From NCBI GenBank assembly GCA_012295275.1, contig CM022669.1:5766001-5830000 (forward strand): a DNA stretch of 64,000 nt, written 5' to 3'. Below are positions 61,563 to 64,000 of this stretch, piece after piece. The first letter of the stretch is position 1; each line of letters opens with the position of its first letter. The position numbers and the translations under genes were made by a program. The notes under the pieces are model-generated. The model worked only from the letters and a program-made list of their open reading frames with translations, was not told where the DNA came from and did not search any database. The stretch is from Chrysomallon squamiferum. Its lineage: Eukaryota; Animalia; Mollusca.

Positions 61563-62367
61563 GTAAGAAAAGTGATCACCGCTGACCCGCGTCGTGCACT
61601 AAGTGTCCTGATAAATGAGTGTTGTCACCTAGTACCTGCTTAAGTATGTATATTCATAACCGTGAACAGATCAATTCATGATGTATGAATGAAATTCACG
61701 TGGTGTGACCGTATGGTTCTAAGTCTTACACTTAACTGCAGTTATAATCTAAATCTTTCTGTCGCTAGCTTTTGTATTGCTTTTTCCTCCCCCCTTTTTT
61801 GTAAATCTTTTATCAATTTTTTTTTTTTTTTTTTTTTAACAATTTTTCCCCTTAGCTGGTCGGGTTAAACAAAATGAATGTACTTTTAGTAAGTATTATG
61901 ACGTGGAACCTACTTTAATACATACTCCGTTATTTGTGTATTTTCTTCTTCTTCTTTTTTTTTTTTTTCATTAGTTTTCTTTCAAAAGTTTGTTTACATA
62001 GATTTATTGTAAATTTGATTTAATCTTATGATTAAAAATGCACGAAATTAAATTTCTGTTAATAAACATATATATTTAGTTAATTACGTTAATAAGATCT
62101 ATAAACCTTATGAATAACATCGGCAACAAACTTTTATAAACAGCATTCCTAACCAGAAGCAAAAACTTACTATCTTTGTCTAGGATGTAAACAGAGTGTA
62201 CCGCTCGCTGTTCCACATTGACAGTGAAAAATCTTTCAATTATCATTAAATCTTAATAAATGAGAGTCAACGCTTGATAGGTTTAACATGCATACATACA
62301 CTGTGAAAGCGATTCCTTTGCTCGGGTCTTATCACAGCTGATTTGAAAATAAAGTTTACCTACACAG

Positions 62368-62467
62368 ATGTTCATGTTCGTCTGAAGAGCTTTCCAGAAC
62401 GTGAGACCTTTCGTCGCCTGTTACAGACGCGACAATCATTTTTGCAACAATATTTAAAACTAACAAG
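62368..62467 (+). CDS. Possible next exon of the second gene (DVHVRLKSFPERETFRRLLQTRQSFLQQYLKLT)
   Basis: cctacacag| gives an open phase-1 frame; donor AAG|gtgatg (or C|gtgaga at 62401). Splice sites weak, no family recognised. Confidence 0.25.
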
Positions 62468-63322
62468 GTGATGATGTCGTGTCGAAAGACTGTTAGAAAT
62501 TTCATAACAACTTTTAAAGACTCGTCGACCACTTTTACTTCACCTAAAGTGGATGATGCATTTAAGCAGCTATTAAAATCATGGTAATAAGTTTTTACAA
62601 CAATACTTAAAAAACCCATCAAACTGACTCCGTTTTTGAAGAATGAATTGCCGACACTTTTACCGTTAGAAATATGCTAAGAACTCTTAAATGCGCCGTA
62701 GCCAAGTTTAACTTTATCTAAACGCGATACACCAGTTTGTCTGTAAAATATATGCATGCACTTGGTTTTTCAATCAAAGTATTTAACTACTAATCATCTG
62801 TAAAAGATTCGGTTTGATTTTTCTGTACAATCTTTTGGCAGCTCTTAAAGAAACCATATCCAATTTTAACTTTATCTAAACTGGAAACTTCTGGTCATGA
62901 ACTACAGTTAATCAGTGTAAGATAAAAAAAAAAAAAAGTATTTAATACTATTGAACTGTTTGTCTGTCTGTTCAGTTTTACTGCAGAAATCCTCTGCTAT
63001 CTCTTTCATATGCTGCAGACAGTTTTAACTTAATCTAAACTCGATACATTTGATCGTCTATTAAATACACTTTAGTGAGTTTAGCAGTTTTGTTTAAAAT
63101 TAACACGTTAATGATCTGTTGAAGACACAGGTATCTAGTTTCACAATCAGAAACATTTTAATAGTTCTTAAATACGTTTTAGATCGTTTTATTTCATTAA
63201 AACAGTTTTACAATGTTGAATACAGTTCTGCTCTTTAAAAACACATACAAAAAAGGTGCAGCTACTTTTCCTTCACTGGAAATCGAAAGTGCGTGTTTAT
63301 TTATTTATTTATTTAGTTGTTG

Positions 63323-63380
<58 letters not shown>

Positions 63381-64000
63381 CATCATTTTTTTTAAATTCT
63401 TTTTCCAGCAGGTATTTTACGTCAAAAGAAAGAAAGAACCTAATACAGATAAATCTACCCATCAACTGCACTTTACATATTTTAAAATTTGGTCTGTGTT
63501 AAATATGCTCAGTTGTAACGTCTTGTCGATCGTTCTGAAAGTGTCAGTTTATAGCTAAAAGATTCCCTGCTCTCTCCAGAGAACAGGTAAAACATTTAGA
63601 CTGACTCGAGTCTGATAAACACCCTTTACGCTGGAAGCAGTATTCCCCAAAGATATGTTTAGATATGAACTGACTTTGACGACAAGCTGTAATACTTATT
63701 TGAAAGCCACAGCGTCAGTCAGCCAGACTGATTATTTACTGGTATTATCTGCTTCAGGCTGTAGATCTAACATTCATTTAAAATCTTCGTTGTCTGTGGA
63801 ATACAGTTTTATGGAGTTTACAAGTGTTAAAAATGTAGCACTGCACACATAAATGTGTATACACATATACATAAACATACATGCACATACGCATACATCA
63901 TTATACTTGTACTTCAAGATGATTACTAGTACATGTTTTAAGCGACCAGTCTTTGCTGATAATAAAGTATGGTAATTATAATAATGTTATCAAGAAGGAA

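Overview
AT-rich, microsatellite-laden invertebrate genomic DNA; repeat fragments resemble, from memory, gastropod mollusc repeats (taxon is inference). The left two-thirds hold a + strand Lbc-family RhoGEF (ARHGEF18/AKAP13/ARHGEF2/ARHGEF28 co-orthologue, Drosophila Cysts type). I assembled 26 GT-AG exons by hand from 4816 to the stop at 37313 (3330 nt, 1109 codons plus stop, all phases consistent): Ser-rich linker, DH, PH, RAETFxGFD motif, coiled coil and C-terminal DDVIYF. The family's N-terminal C1 exons are not in the window; a candidate alternative first exon lies at 1170-1310. CpG is strongly depleted across the gene and returns near 43.7 kb at a good poly(A) signal, implying a ~6.3 kb 3'UTR that contains a hairpin-forming minisatellite. 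44-61 kb looks intergenic (microsatellites, MITE-like pieces). A second + strand gene probably begins near 61.4 kb with a signal-peptide exon. Best leads: local duplications that copy splice sites at four junctions of one gene, the 3'UTR stem-loop array, a CpG-rich structured intronic element at 32.5 kb, and an Rbfox-flanked cassette exon. No clearly new system is proven; most ORFs in the supplied track are microsatellite artefacts.
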